Shown here: piece after piece, positions 11,602 through 22,765 of the stretch
Layout of the letters: every line of letters starts with the position of its first letter
How positions within the stretch are numbered: position 1 is the first letter of the stretch
From: Streptococcus sp.
Lineage (GTDB): Bacteria; Bacillota; Bacilli; Lactobacillales; Streptococcaceae
Direction: 5' to 3'
Length of the DNA: 64,000 nucleotides
NCBI GenBank assembly: GCA_003521145.1
Contig: DOTL01000006.1
Coordinates: 2,018-66,017, forward strand
Position numbers and translations under genes: made by a program
The notes under the pieces: model-generated
Databases searched by the model: none
What the model saw: only the letters and a program-made list of their open reading frames with translations
What the model was told of the DNA's origin: nothing

Positions 11602-13140
11602 CTATACTAACTCATTAAAGTCCCAAACGTCTGTCCAGCCTTCATAAAATTCAGGTTCGTGACATACCATGAGGACACTACCTTTAAAGGCCTGAAGAGC
11701 ACGCCTCAATTCATCCTTGGCGTCAACATCCAAGTGGTTGGTCGGTTCGTCCAGAACAAGGACATTATTTTCACGGTTCATAAGGAGACAGAAACGGACC
11801 TTAGACTGTTCTCCACCTGAAAGCACCTGAATTTGACTTTCAATATGTTTAGAGGTTAATCCGCATTTGGCTAGAGCTGCACGAACTTCAGCTTGATTTA
11901 AGGCTGGGAAGGCATCCCAAACCGCTTCAAGTGGCGTTTGGCATGAGCCTTCTGCCTCTTGCTCGAAGTAACCAAGATCAATAAAATCACCTGTTTCAAC
12001 TTCTCCTTCGAGTGGTTGAATAATACCAAGCAGGCTCTTAAGCAAAGTTGTCTTACCGATACCATTGGCACCGACAATAGCTACCTTTTGGTTACGTTCG
12101 AATGTAAGATTCAATGGTGCCTTGGTCAACGGATGGTCGTAACCAATAACAAGATCTTTGGTTTGGAAAATAAAGCGTCCAGGTGTACGGCTTTCCTTGA
12201 AATGGAATTCTGGTTTTGGCTTCCCTGCTTGCAACTCGATAATTTCCATCTTATCTAATTTCTTCTGACGCGACATGGCCATATTTCGAGTAGCAACACG
12301 CGCCTTGTTACGGTTAACAAAATCTTGAAGGTCTGCAATCTCCTTTTGCTGACGTTCATAAGCAGCTTCCAATTGGGCTTTCTTCATAGCATGGACAGAT
12401 TGGAAATTGTCATAATCACCTGCATAGCGAACCAAGTCTTGATTTTCAACATGGTAGACAATGTTAATTACATCGTTTAGGAACGGAATATCATGCGAAA
12501 TGAGGACAAAGGCATTTTCATATTCTTGAAGATAGCGTTTAAGCCAGGTAATATGTTCAGCATCCAAATAGTTGGTAGGCTCATCGAGAAGCAAGATATC
12601 TGGTTTTTCAAGCAATAACTTAGCCAGGAGAATCTTGGTACGTTGACCACCTGAAAGGTCCGTTACATCTGTATCCATACCAAAATCCATGACACCTAGT
12701 GCACGGGCAACCTCATCAATCTTAGCATCTAGTGTATAGAAATCACGCGTTTCCAAACGATCTTGAAGCTCACCTACTTCTTCCATCAGAGCATCAACGT
12801 CGGCTCCTTCGTCAGCCATAGACATGTAAATCTCGTTGATGCGTTCTTCAGTTTTAAAGAGCTCATCAAAAGCCTTACGAAGGACATCACGAACGGTCAT
12901 CCCCTTTTCAAGAACAGCATGCTGATCCAAGTAACCCGCTGTAACGTACTTAGACCACTCTACCTTACCTTCATCTGGCTGCAATTTTCCAGTAACGATA
13001 GACATGAAGGTTGATTTCCCTTCACCGTTAGCACCGACAAGACCGATATGCTCACCTTTGAGCAAACGGAATCGGACATTTTCAAAAATAGCACGGTCAC
13101 CAAATCCGTGACTAAGATTTTTGACTTCTAAAATAGACAT
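11602..13140 (-). CDS. ABC-F family ATPase (YfmM-like)
   Basis: Two ABC domains (GANGEGKS, GANGIGKT, two LSGG, two DEPTN) and no TM segments. Confidence 0.9.
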   Translation of the reverse strand: MSILEVKNLSHGFGDRAIFENVRFRLLKGEHIGLVGANGEGKSTFMSIVTGKLQPDEGKVEWSKYVTAGYLDQHAVLEKGMTVRDVLRKAFDELFKTEERINEIYMSMADEGADVDALMEEVGELQDRLETRDFYTLDAKIDEVARALGVMDFGMDTDVTDLSGGQRTKILLAKLLLEKPDILLLDEPTNYLDAEHITWLKRYLQEYENAFVLISHDIPFLNDVINIVYHVENQDLVRYAGDYDNFQSVHAMKKAQLEAAYERQQKEIADLQDFVNRNKARVATRNMAMSRQKKLDKMEIIELQAGKPKPEFHFKESRTPGRFIFQTKDLVIGYDHPLTKAPLNLTFERNQKVAIVGANGIGKTTLLKSLLGIIQPLEGEVETGDFIDLGYFEQEAEGSCQTPLEAVWDAFPALNQAEVRAALAKCGLTSKHIESQIQVLSGGEQSKVRFCLLMNRENNVLVLDEPTNHLDVDAKDELRRALQAFKGSVLMVCHEPEFYEGWTDVWDFNELV

Positions 13141-13279
13141 AGCATATCTGGGCTAAAACAGTCTTCAGCCCTTTCCTTTCTTGACATTAACTCTACTATT
13201 TTATCATTTTTTAGTGAAAATTTGGACCTATGCTTTTGGAAAATTAAAAAGAAAAAAGCAGGACCAACCTGCTAACTCT

Positions 13280-13810
13280 TTAGCTTCTCTGTAAAATACG
13301 TTTGAAGACAGGATATAGAAGAGGAACCGCAATGACAGTCACTACTGATGTTCCAAAGGTTCCCCCTATTTTAGTAAGTGCCAATACCATGGCAGCATTT
13401 ACTGGTAGAGCTGCAACGATACTATTAATAATAGTATACTTGACAAAATTCAAAAAAATTTTGGTCACTGCAGCTATGACTCCAACGACTATGATGTTAG
13501 CCATTTTATCATTAAATTTTAATAGCTTTTCAAAAACAAGATAGAGAACATAACAGACAATCAAGGATTCTAAAATAGTAATCCAGACTTCGGCAGCATA
13601 ACCATTGAAAATATCGAATAGCCCTAACCCTACTGTTGCGACTAAGGCACCTTTTTTAGCACCAAAAATCAAAACAGCAATCACAACAAGGGCATTTCCC
13701 AAATGGACAAATTGGGGTCCAAAAGGAATACGAATAAACTGCACACTCACTATAATTAAAGCTGCATACAAACTTAGAATAACTAATTCACGTGTTTTAT
13801 CACTTTTCAT
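13280..13810 (-). CDS. ECF transporter S component, probably for vitamin B6
   Basis: FVHLGNA motif, hydrophobic, in an operon with pdxK; ATG at 13810. Confidence 0.8.
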   Translation of the reverse strand: MKSDKTRELVILSLYAALIIVSVQFIRIPFGPQFVHLGNALVVIAVLIFGAKKGALVATVGLGLFDIFNGYAAEVWITILESLIVCYVLYLVFEKLLKFNDKMANIIVVGVIAAVTKIFLNFVKYTIINSIVAALPVNAAMVLALTKIGGTFGTSVVTVIAVPLLYPVFKRILQRS

Positions 13811-14657
13811 TTTTCTCCTCCAATAGGGCATTAAAAACACTAAATAATAAACCAATATGAGGCTCATAGCAGAGACCATATTTTAAAGGACGACCATCGG
13901 ACAGTGTTGACGAAAGAACCCTATCCATAAAATCCAAGGCCAAATCACAAACCTTTAGTAAATCAAGATTATAAAAGTAACCAGCTGATAAGATTGCCGT
14001 TAGTAAATCGCCGCTTCCATAAAAATGATTCCCATAACGTTTTTGCATACGATAAACCGTTTCATTAGTCTCTTTATCAAAATAACCCAGTCCAATTTTG
14101 TCTGTCTCAAATGAGATACCTGTCACAATAACTTTCCGAGGGCCAAGCTTGCTTAAATCTCTCAGAAGCTTTTCAACAGTAACTTTATCATAGGAACCTG
14201 CTTCAAGATATGGAGTATCCGTCAACAAGGCGGCTTCAGTCAGATTGGGAATGATAACATCTGCCTGTTGACAGAAATCCTTCATGGCTTCTACATAGTT
14301 TCTATCAAATCCTTGATAGAGACAGCCATTGTCACCCATAATAGGATCAACAAATAGAGCTATCTGTTTATCGCGAGCCAATTGACCTACACACTTTAGT
14401 GCTTCTTCTGACTTAAAATAACCACTCACAAGGCCATCTACAATAAAATCCAAGTGCTCCCACTGCTTACAAAATCCCTTAAGATTATCCGTAAGATCCC
14501 GTACATAGATATTTTCAAACCCACCTGTATGCGAAGATAAAAGAACCGTTGGCAAGGGGAGGACTTCAGTTTGACAGGCTGACATGATAGGGAGGCTACT
14601 AGTCAAAGCAACCTTACCTAGACCAACCAGGTCATTGGCAACAATTACTTTGGTCAT
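13800..14657 (-). CDS. pdxK: Pyridoxal/pyridoxamine kinase
   Basis: GKVAL, LSSHTGG, DPIMGDNG, PNLTEA and GSGD motifs. Confidence 0.88.
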   Translation of the reverse strand: MTKVIVANDLVGLGKVALTSSLPIMSACQTEVLPLPTVLLSSHTGGFENIYVRDLTDNLKGFCKQWEHLDFIVDGLVSGYFKSEEALKCVGQLARDKQIALFVDPIMGDNGCLYQGFDRNYVEAMKDFCQQADVIIPNLTEAALLTDTPYLEAGSYDKVTVEKLLRDLSKLGPRKVIVTGISFETDKIGLGYFDKETNETVYRMQKRYGNHFYGSGDLLTAILSAGYFYNLDLLKVCDLALDFMDRVLSSTLSDGRPLKYGLCYEPHIGLLFSVFNALLEEKNEK

Positions 14658-15167
14658 CTATTTTCCTTCCCAGGTCTTTTTAAACTGTTTAACAAAGCCT
14701 GTGTGGAAATAAATGTAGTAGGCCGCCCCTAAACCAAGAATAGCAGCTACAATGTCAAAAGGAACCTTCATAATAGCATAGGTTGGCGTACCATAGATAA
14801 AAGCTCTTCCTAAGCCGTATCCTACTAAGTCAATAATAGCCCCAAGCAAGAGACTTAAAGCTGCCCTAGATTTGCTCAATTTTCCTAAGCGGCCTCCAAC
14901 AATGAGTGCAATAGCGAGAACTTGAAGGCTGTGTGTTACTAGAGTTACCCACATAGGAAGAGGGTAGAAAAGAAAATCTCCAATAAAGGAACCTACTCCC
15001 GCAATAATAACTGCTTCTGTAGGTGGGAAAATTAAGCCAACTAGGAAAATAACAATCCCGTTAAAATAGAAATGACCTCCTGGCACAGGGATAGATAAGA
15101 GAGTTGAACTCAAAATAATGACAAGTGCCATGAAAAATGAAGAAATGGTTAAACGTTTTGCTGACAT
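14658..15167 (-). CDS. ECF transporter S component
   Basis: IPVPGGHFYF and GSFIGD motifs; first gene of the pdxK operon. Confidence 0.8.
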   Translation of the reverse strand: MSAKRLTISSFFMALVIILSSTLLSIPVPGGHFYFNGIVIFLVGLIFPPTEAVIIAGVGSFIGDFLFYPLPMWVTLVTHSLQVLAIALIVGGRLGKLSKSRAALSLLLGAIIDLVGYGLGRAFIYGTPTYAIMKVPFDIVAAILGLGAAYYIYFHTGFVKQFKKTWEGK

Positions 15168-15245
15168 ACCTAAAACTCCTTAGTAAATAAACATAGTATA
15201 AGTTTATGAAAATTCTGACGATTAAACAAGATAGTATTTCCGCCA

Positions 15246-15259
15246 CTGTATGGGTACAG
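15246..15259. promoter_or_regulatory. Putative PdxR operator
   Basis: Palindrome CTGTA-TGGG-TACAG; a similar CTGTAAGGGGTCAG lies at 15979-15992 just before pdxR. Confidence 0.65.
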
Positions 15260-15303
15260 ATTTTGAGCAACAAAAAAACCACACGTTCGTGTGGTGATCA
15301 AAC

Positions 15304-15834
15304 TTATTGAGCTTTTTTATCAAAATATTTGACAGGTGCCTTTTCAAGATTTTGTAGTGAAAGCTTGGCTGTCGCGTTTGCCTCAGTACCGTAATCAGAG
15401 AAATCAATGATAAGATTATGATCAAAATCCGCAACGGCATAGTCAACAACGATTTCTTTAACTTCCTTAGGAGCAATCTTGGTTTTATTTGCAATCTTAT
15501 CTCGGTCATCATCTTTAGAAAAGACAATTGTTGCAACCTTCACTTCTTCCTTTTCTTGTTTCACATCAAGGACTACCTTCATCAAAAGAGTGTAGGCATT
15601 CATGGTTTCTTTACTTGAGTTGCTGAGTTTATAGTGAACGCGTACAGCTTTTTGACCTTCTGGTGATTCGATTTTAGTTGCAGAAAGAACTTGTACACTA
15701 GCATCTTGTCCTGTAAATTGCATTTTGTTTTTATCATAGGTCCAAGTAGGCTCTTTCTCAGGTATACAAGCTGACAAACCGATAATGGTCAAGCATGCAA
15801 GAGCGAGAAGTCCTAAGATTTTCTTAAAAGTCAT
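15304..15834 (-). CDS. Lipoprotein of unknown function (DUF5067-like)
   Basis: Lipobox LSAC; AGGAG RBS; own terminator hairpin at ~15272-15296. Confidence 0.7.
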   Translation of the reverse strand: MTFKKILGLLALACLTIIGLSACIPEKEPTWTYDKNKMQFTGQDASVQVLSATKIESPEGQKAVRVHYKLSNSSKETMNAYTLLMKVVLDVKQEKEEVKVATIVFSKDDDRDKIANKTKIAPKEVKEIVVDYAVADFDHNLIIDFSDYGTEANATAKLSLQNLEKAPVKYFDKKAQ

Positions 15835-15994
15835 TCTTATAATCTCCTTAAACTTATTTGAAAGGGGAATTTAATTTTACCTTACAACCTTCTTATTATG
15901 TCAAAATCTAATAATCTTGTCAACTTTCTCTGGGACTATTGCTCTGAGAAGGGAAGTAAGGTAAAATAAGGAAAAAATCTGTAAGGGGTCAGTT

Positions 15995-17260
15995 ATGAGT
16001 ATTTATCAAGATATTGTCGAGACCATTATCAAAGATATCCAAAATGGTACTTTGAAAAAAGGGAGTAAGCTCCCCTCTATTCGTCAACTTAGCAAGACTT
16101 ATGCCTGTAGTAAGGATACATCACAAAGAGCACTCTTGGAACTCAAGTATCAAAACTATATTTACTCCGTACCCAAAAGTGGCTATTATGTTCTCGAAGG
16201 ACGCAATGAAGTCGATAATAAGGTCCTTCTTAACCTTAACGATTACAATCAATTGGCCTACGAGGATTTTAAACTTTGTTTGGATGAAACTTTGGCGGGT
16301 CATCAGGACTACCTCTTCAACTATTATCATGAACAAGCTGGACTCAAAGATTTGCGTGAAGCCTTAAAGAGTCGATTAATTGCTGACGATGTTTATGTCA
16401 ATTCGGACCAGATTGTCATAACTTCAGGAAGTCAACAGGCCCTTTACATCCTTTCACAGATGGATTTTGGTAATGGTGGCTACAAAATTCTCTTAGAACA
16501 ACCTACCTATCATCGCATGAACCAGCTCGTCAACCGTCAAAATCTAGCTTACGAGACGATTAACCGTGGTTTTGATGGTTTAGATTTTGACCACTTGGAA
16601 GAGTACTTTAAATCTGGACAGATTAAGTTCTTCTATACCATCAGTCGTTACTCCAATCCTCTCGGGTTAAGCTATACTGCTAGCGAAAAAGAAAAGCTAG
16701 CCCAACTTGCCAAGCAATATAATGTTTATATCGTCGAGGATGACTATATGGGAGACTTTAGCGATAATAAAAATCTCCCGATTCACTACTATGATATTCA
16801 AAATCAGACCATCTACATCAAATCCTTTTCCATGGCCCTTTTTCCAGGTTTGCGCCTAGGTAGCCTTGTCTTACCACAAAATCTCAGAGCTATCTTTTTG
16901 GTCCACAAAGGACTTATTGACTATGATACCAATCTTATTATGCAAAATGCCCTCTCAGTCTACCTAGATAATGGCATGTTCCAAAAAAACATTAAGAAAC
17001 TTGGTGACCTTTTTCAACAAAACATGGCTAAAAGTCAAGCAATCATTAACAAATCTAAGGTTAGCATTCCCTATCAGATTTCCCCTAGACATGTGACCTG
17101 GCAACTTCCTAGGGAGTTTTCACTAGAAAAATTCAAAGCCCACAAGCAGATTCGTTTTTTAGAATCATCCTTTATTAGACCAACTTCTGAAACTTATGTG
17201 CAGATAGGTCATGGACAGGAACTGGAATCCTTTATAAAAATTTTAAAAAAGACAAAGTGA
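15995..17260 (+). CDS. pdxR: MocR/GntR family PLP-responsive regulator
   Basis: KLPSIRQL wHTH plus aminotransferase-like domain (SNPLG, VEDDY, YIKSFS, PGLRLG); next to the B6 salvage genes. Confidence 0.85.
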   Translation: MSIYQDIVETIIKDIQNGTLKKGSKLPSIRQLSKTYACSKDTSQRALLELKYQNYIYSVPKSGYYVLEGRNEVDNKVLLNLNDYNQLAYEDFKLCLDETLAGHQDYLFNYYHEQAGLKDLREALKSRLIADDVYVNSDQIVITSGSQQALYILSQMDFGNGGYKILLEQPTYHRMNQLVNRQNLAYETINRGFDGLDFDHLEEYFKSGQIKFFYTISRYSNPLGLSYTASEKEKLAQLAKQYNVYIVEDDYMGDFSDNKNLPIHYYDIQNQTIYIKSFSMALFPGLRLGSLVLPQNLRAIFLVHKGLIDYDTNLIMQNALSVYLDNGMFQKNIKKLGDLFQQNMAKSQAIINKSKVSIPYQISPRHVTWQLPREFSLEKFKAHKQIRFLESSFIRPTSETYVQIGHGQELESFIKILKKTK

Positions 17261-17300
17261 CAATTAGACACAAGAAAAGCCATCGCATGATGGCTTTTGC

Positions 17301-17639
17301 TTATTTAGTCTGTTCAAAACGTAGGTGTACAATTACTTTGTCACCATAACCGTTACGCTCCAAATCTCGTTGCAAACGGTATGAAATATAATGCTCGGCA
17401 ATATTGATAAAGCCTGCTTCCATAAGACGATTTTCAACCAACGACTGAATCATGTTAATGGTTGGGCGTTCTACCTGAGCATCTTGAAGATCAAGTACGA
17501 CTTTTTTCGTCACTTGAGCAAGGTTTTGGCGCCAAGTATCATCGAGAACATACACAGTCTGTGCTGCTTTTAAGATGGCTTGGTAAATTTTATCAGGATC
17601 AAATTCAGCAACTTGACCATTACGTTTAATAATTTGCAT
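17301..17639 (-). CDS. Stand-alone ATP-cone domain protein
   Basis: MQIIKRNG...FDPDKI...YISYR. Confidence 0.88.
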   Translation of the reverse strand: MQIIKRNGQVAEFDPDKIYQAILKAAQTVYVLDDTWRQNLAQVTKKVVLDLQDAQVERPTINMIQSLVENRLMEAGFINIAEHYISYRLQRDLERNGYGDKVIVHLRFEQTK

Positions 17640-17730
17640 GGCTACCCTCTTTTCATGGCTTTTTCTTTTATTATGCAGAGAATTTACATATTTGTCAAGT
17701 GCAAATCCCTGAAAGAGCTATCCAGACTGC

Positions 17731-18312
17731 TTATTCCCTGAATTTAGAAATGTAAGCTGGTTTGCCATGTTTATCAAAGGAAAGTGTTGCCGTGTAGGAC
17801 TCTGACTTATGATGGCGCAAATAATTAGCGATTCTCTTGTCACCGTTTATCAGGTGAATATCATAAGTCTGCCCGTCAGAGCTTACAAAGTGAGCATTAA
17901 TTCTAGCACTACTCGTTTTTGTCCCAACATGACTAATGTCTATTTGTTCGACTTGGCCATCATTGGTTTTAGCTATAGGACCTCTATAGTCTTTGTAAAT
18001 AGTGAATGTAGTTAAAACATCCCCAACCAAAACATAGGTCATTCCGAAAACAAACAGATAAACTATTGGGATAACAATCAAAGATAATTTACTTTTACGG
18101 AACGTTTCTTTATGCAAAGACTAAATATCCTGAGGTGACATGTAAAAAAACTTCTTAACATACTTATGAACAAGTAACCTATAGACAAGTATTAAAAATG
18201 TTAATTGCCCTAAAGGGGAAGCGAAACTGGGTAAACCATCCATCAGTACATTGACTTTATCAGATTCAAAAGTATAGTGTTCCCATACACCGTCAAAGAA
18301 CTCTAAAAACAA
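17731..18312 (-). pseudogene. Membrane protein gene split by one in-frame TAG
   Basis: ORFs 18121-18312 and 17731-18117 share a frame and are separated only by TAG (18121-18123) plus one codon; AAAAGGAG RBS before the TTG at 18312. Confidence 0.7.
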
Positions 18313-18380
18313 ATTATCTCCTTTTTACAATATAGTCTAGTCACTTAAAAATCCATCTTCTCAGATGGATTTTCTAACTA

Positions 18381-20789
18381 TTAACGTACTTCTGCTTTGA
18401 CTTTCTCAGTAAGAGCTTTGGTGATTTTTTCCATGTATTTAGCAACTTCTTCGTCAGTGAGGTTGTCATTTGGATTTTGGAAAGTAAGGCTATAAGCCAT
18501 TGATTTCATCCCATCACCAAGTTTTTCACCTGCGTAAACATCGAAGAGTTTAACGGCAACCAAACGTTTCACTCCTGCAGAATAGATAGCATCCAGAACT
18601 TCTTGATGAGTGATTTCTGCCTTGAGAAGAAGGGCGATATCACGTGAAACTGCAGGGAATTTTGTGATTTCAACAAATGGTTGATCTGGTTGCAAGGCAG
18701 CTTCTACAGCACTAAGGTTAATTTCAGCCACATAAGTCTCAGGAATACCATAGTTTTTGGCAGTTTGTGGGTGAACTTGACCAAGGAATCCAATCGTTTG
18801 ACCATCAAGCACAATAGCAACTGTACGACCTGGGTGCATGCTTGCTAGGTCTTTTGTTGGAACATAGTCGACTGAAACTTCAAGTTTATCGAAGAGAGCT
18901 TCAACGATACCTTTGGCATAGAAGAAATCAACTGGCGTTGCTTTAGTTTGGAAGTCTTTTTCAGCTACAAGACCAGAAATGGCGAAGGCAAAGCTATTGA
19001 TTTCATTTGGTAATTCCTCTTTTGGATTACCCTTTTGTTCAAAGACCTTACCGATTTCATAAATAGTAACGTTACTATTCTTACGGTTAACGTTGTAAGC
19101 AACCGTATCAAGCATCCCAGAAATCATGTTCTGACGGAGGGCTGAACGGTCAACAGTCATTGGCCACAACAACTCTGTCAAGTTACTTGGTGTCGCAGCA
19201 AATTCAACGGCCTTTTCAGGTGTTGTCAAAGCATATGAGATGATTTCAGTCAATCCAGCACCTTCAGCAATAGTACGAACCTTACGGCGAAGTGCTTGTG
19301 TTTCAGTCAATTCAACGGCTGTTCCTGCTGCTTCTGGAAGTGTCGTAGGCAATTTTTCATAGCCGTAGATACGCGCAATTTCCTCAACCAAGTCTGCTTG
19401 AATACTGATATCCCAACGACGACGTGGTACAGATACTGTGAATTTATCAGCATCACCTGTCAATCCAAAACCAAGTTTCTCAAAGACATCTTCAATATCT
19501 GAAAAAGTCAATTCTGTACCAAGACGAACATTTACGTAGTCAAGACTTGTAGAAACTTGAACTGGCTCAGTGTCAACAGAACCCGCTTGAACACGGTCTG
19601 CAAGTACCGTTCCATTTGCCAATTCTTGCAACATTGCTGCAGCAAAATCAAGTGCTTCAAGGACAGTATCGTTATTGATACCTTTTTCAAAACGTGATGA
19701 TGATTCTGAACGAAGGTTGAGACGGCTACTTGTCCTACGAACTGATTCACCATCAAAAACAGCAGCTTCGAGAACGACATTTTTAGAATTGTTGTCAATT
19801 TCAGTTGAAACGCCACCCATAACACCTGCGAGGGCAACTGGTTTGTCAGCAACTGTAATAACAATATCTTCAGCAGTCAATTCACGTTCTTCACCATCGA
19901 GAGTGACTAATTTTTCTCCATCACGGGCATCACGGGCAACAATACGTGAGTCTTCAAATTTATCCAAATCGAAGGCATGCATTGGTTGTCCAAAGTAAAG
20001 AAGAACATAGTTTGTCACGTCCACCACGTTGTTGATTGGACGGATACCTGCATTCATAAGAAGGTTTTGCAACCATTGTGGACTTGGTTGAATAGTAACA
20101 TTCTCAACCACACGGCTAGCATAAGTAGCCACTTTATCACTTTCGATGGCTACTGAAATCTTATCAGAAGCTGGTTTGCTGACTTCAGTGACCGTTTTTT
20201 CTGGGAAGTGAACAGATTTCCCATAGATTGCAGCGACTTCATGAGCCACACCACGCATAGAAAGAGCATCCGCACGGTTAGGTGTGATTGACAATTCGAT
20301 GATTTCATCATCAAGGTCGAGATATGGGAAAATGCTATCTCCAGGTACAGCATCTTCAGGCAAAATTTGGATACCATCCGCAAATTCCTTAGGAATAATG
20401 CAATCTGGAAGTCCAAGTTCTGCCAAAGAACAGATCATACCGAGAGATTCCATGCCGCGAATCTTACCTTTTTTGATTTTGTAATTGTCCGCAATGCGGG
20501 CACCAGGAATGGCAACAATTACCTTGATTCCAGCAGTAACATTTGGAGCTCCACAAATAATTTGACGTGGACCTTCAGCATCTCCTGTATCAACTTGGCA
20601 CAAGTGTAGGTGTGTTTCAGGCACATCTTCACATGACAAGACATGACCAACAACCAATTTTGACAAGCCTTCAGCAGGTGTTTCAACACCTTCTACTTCA
20701 ATACCTGTCGTCGACATTTTTTCAGCGAGTTCGGCAGTGGTAACATCCACATCAACCAACTCTTTTAACCATTTATAACTAACTAGCAT
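18381..20789 (-). CDS. pheT: Phenylalanine-tRNA ligase beta subunit
   Basis: MLVSYKWL start; [14 protein letters not shown] and ADLVEEIAR motifs. Confidence 0.98.
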   Translation of the reverse strand: MLVSYKWLKELVDVDVTTAELAEKMSTTGIEVEGVETPAEGLSKLVVGHVLSCEDVPETHLHLCQVDTGDAEGPRQIICGAPNVTAGIKVIVAIPGARIADNYKIKKGKIRGMESLGMICSLAELGLPDCIIPKEFADGIQILPEDAVPGDSIFPYLDLDDEIIELSITPNRADALSMRGVAHEVAAIYGKSVHFPEKTVTEVSKPASDKISVAIESDKVATYASRVVENVTIQPSPQWLQNLLMNAGIRPINNVVDVTNYVLLYFGQPMHAFDLDKFEDSRIVARDARDGEKLVTLDGEERELTAEDIVITVADKPVALAGVMGGVSTEIDNNSKNVVLEAAVFDGESVRRTSSRLNLRSESSSRFEKGINNDTVLEALDFAAAMLQELANGTVLADRVQAGSVDTEPVQVSTSLDYVNVRLGTELTFSDIEDVFEKLGFGLTGDADKFTVSVPRRRWDISIQADLVEEIARIYGYEKLPTTLPEAAGTAVELTETQALRRKVRTIAEGAGLTEIISYALTTPEKAVEFAATPSNLTELLWPMTVDRSALRQNMISGMLDTVAYNVNRKNSNVTIYEIGKVFEQKGNPKEELPNEINSFAFAISGLVAEKDFQTKATPVDFFYAKGIVEALFDKLEVSVDYVPTKDLASMHPGRTVAIVLDGQTIGFLGQVHPQTAKNYGIPETYVAEINLSAVEAALQPDQPFVEITKFPAVSRDIALLLKAEITHQEVLDAIYSAGVKRLVAVKLFDVYAGEKLGDGMKSMAYSLTFQNPNDNLTDEEVAKYMEKITKALTEKVKAEVR

Positions 20790-20795
20790 AATTAT

Positions 20796-20905
20796 GATAC
20801 CAAGCCCGTTAATAGCTCTCAGCAAAAATAGGAAAGACAACGTTGGTGCATTAGCACCTAGGTGACTTTATCTTTTTTGCCCAGAGCTTAGGGCGGGTTC
20901 AAATC
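20796..20905 (-). other. ~110-nt imperfect hairpin between the SD and the ATG of pheT
   Basis: Nested complementary pairs CCCG/CGGG, AGCTCT/AGAGCT, GCAAAAA/TTTTTGC and GGTGC/GCACC. Confidence 0.7.
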
Positions 20906-21070
20906 CTTTCTGTATGATTAGGAACAAAACATTTAGATTTAAAAACAACTAATCTCAAACTTTGAGGTCGTATTCAAATCTTTTCTGTAAAATTATCAGT
21001 TCAACTGATAAATGAGAGAAGAGTTTAAACCTCTACTTAAGTGGGCTCAAATCTTTTCTGTAATTTAGGA
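20887..21070. repeat. Three degenerate direct repeats with core TCAAATCYTTTCTGTA
   Basis: Cores start at 20899, 20974 and 21047 (spacing 75 and 73). Confidence 0.75.
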
Positions 21071-21153
21071 GTATGTATGCTGATATAAGAGGAAGACGAA
21101 CTGACACAATTAACACCTTATAAAATCCTCTCTCTATCAACTGAATAATCGGT

Positions 21154-21668
21154 TTATAGTTTTAATTTAAGCAACCAGTCGCGGTCTACTTTACCGTCAA
21201 CAACTGGAAAATCGTGTTCTGCGAATTTTTCGAAGCCATATTTGTCGTAAAATATCTGTGCTTTGAAATTCCTTTCTAAAACACCCAAACAGGCCCAATC
21301 ATAACCTAGGTCACGAGCTTCTTGTAAGGCAAACTCAAAGAGTTGCTTACCCAAGCCCATACCTTGGAAGGTCTGACTGATATATATGTTGAATTTGAAG
21401 GTGTTGTCCGAATGTTGCTCTGTTTGAGCAGAACCTACATTAGTCTTAGAAAACCTGACTTTTCACCATCAACGAGAATGAAAAAGTAACGCAATTCTTC
21501 ATGAGTGATTTCATCTAAGAGAACTTCCTCAGAAAGTGCGGTGTCGAAATAACCTTGCAACTGGGCCTCGGTGTTATCATGAGCAAAAGTCTCTCTAAAG
21601 GTATCTTCGGAGATAACTTTTAATTCTGCTACTTCTTACGGAAGAACCTTACGAATAACGACTGACAT
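21154..21668 (-). pseudogene. GNAT acetyltransferase (PaiA-like), disrupted
   Basis: GGAGG RBS then MSVVIRKVLP* (TAA at 21636-21638), later frameshifts; the C-terminal QGMGLGKQL...FYDKYGF segment is retained. Confidence 0.85.
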
Positions 21669-21684
21669 GACAACCTCCTAAACC

Positions 21685-22728
21685 TTATTTAAACTGTTCT
21701 GAGAAACGAACATCCCCTTGGTAGAAACCACGAATATCGTTGATACCATACCGAAGCATGGCAATACGCTCCTGACCAAGACCAAAGGCGAAACCTGAGT
21801 ATTCCTCAGAATCAACACCTGACATCTCAAGCACTTGTGGGTGGACCATACCAGCACCGAGGATCTCAATCCAACCTGTCTTCTTACATACGTTACATCC
21901 TTTACCACCACACTTGAAGCATGACACGTCAACCTCAACGGAAGGCTCAGTGAATGGGAAATAAGATGGACGCAAACGGATTTGACGTTCTGCACCAAAC
22001 ATTTTTTGGATAATCATTTCAAGCGTTCCTTTAAGATCACCCATTGAGATGTTTTTACCGACGACCAAACCTTCGATTTGGTGGAACTGGTGACTGTGAG
22101 TTGCATCATCTGTATCACGACGAAAAACACGTCCTGGTGAGATCATCTTAAGTAGACCTTTAGAAAAATCGTGTTTATCAAGTGTACGAGCTTGAACAGG
22201 GCTTGTATGTGTACGAAGCAAAATTTCTTCCGTAATATAGAAAGTATCTTGCATGTCACGCGCTGGATGGTCCTTAGGCAAGTTCATACGTTCAAAGTTA
22301 TAGTAATCTGTTTCAACTTCAAAACCATCAACGATTTGGAAGCCCATCCCCAAGAAAATGTCTTCGATTTCCTCAGCTGTTTGACTAAGAATATGACGGT
22401 TACCAAGTTTAACTTGACGTCCTGGAAGAGTTACGTCAAGACTTTCAGAGTCAAGTTGTGATTTAATTTTAGCGGCTTCAACAACTTTAGCGGCTTCGTC
22501 AAAAGCTTCAGTCAAAACGTCACGAACTTCGTTGACCATTTTACCGACTTTAGGGCGTTCTTCATTAGGAAGGTCTTTAAGCCCCTTCAAAAGATCCGTC
22601 AAAGAGCCTTTTTTACCCAAAACTGCAACACGCAATTCTTGTAATTCTTTAGAGTGTTCACCACGCATTTCAGCCAATTTAGCCTGCGTCGATGTTTTCA
22701 ACTCTTGCAATTGTGTTTGTAAATTCAT
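21685..22728 (-). CDS. pheS: Phenylalanine-tRNA ligase alpha subunit
   Basis: [24 protein letters not shown] and GFAFGLG motifs. Confidence 0.98.
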   Translation of the reverse strand: MNLQTQLQELKTSTQAKLAEMRGEHSKELQELRVAVLGKKGSLTDLLKGLKDLPNEERPKVGKMVNEVRDVLTEAFDEAAKVVEAAKIKSQLDSESLDVTLPGRQVKLGNRHILSQTAEEIEDIFLGMGFQIVDGFEVETDYYNFERMNLPKDHPARDMQDTFYITEEILLRTHTSPVQARTLDKHDFSKGLLKMISPGRVFRRDTDDATHSHQFHQIEGLVVGKNISMGDLKGTLEMIIQKMFGAERQIRLRPSYFPFTEPSVEVDVSCFKCGGKGCNVCKKTGWIEILGAGMVHPQVLEMSGVDSEEYSGFAFGLGQERIAMLRYGINDIRGFYQGDVRFSEQFK

Positions 22729-22765
22729 GAGATTCCTTTCTTATGTAACAATTTCGAATCGCAAA

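Noticed and set aside
11602..13140. Antibiotic-resistance ABC-F
   Set aside because: Looks like a housekeeping ABC-F in core context; no leader peptide or mobile context seen.
20895..20906. tRNA (GGGTTCAAATCC resembles a T-arm)
   Set aside because: No acceptor stem, D-arm or anticodon arm can be built around it.
20887..21070. CRISPR array
   Set aside because: Only three poorly conserved, non-palindromic repeats, no cas genes in the window, and the repeat equals the end of the pheT hairpin element.
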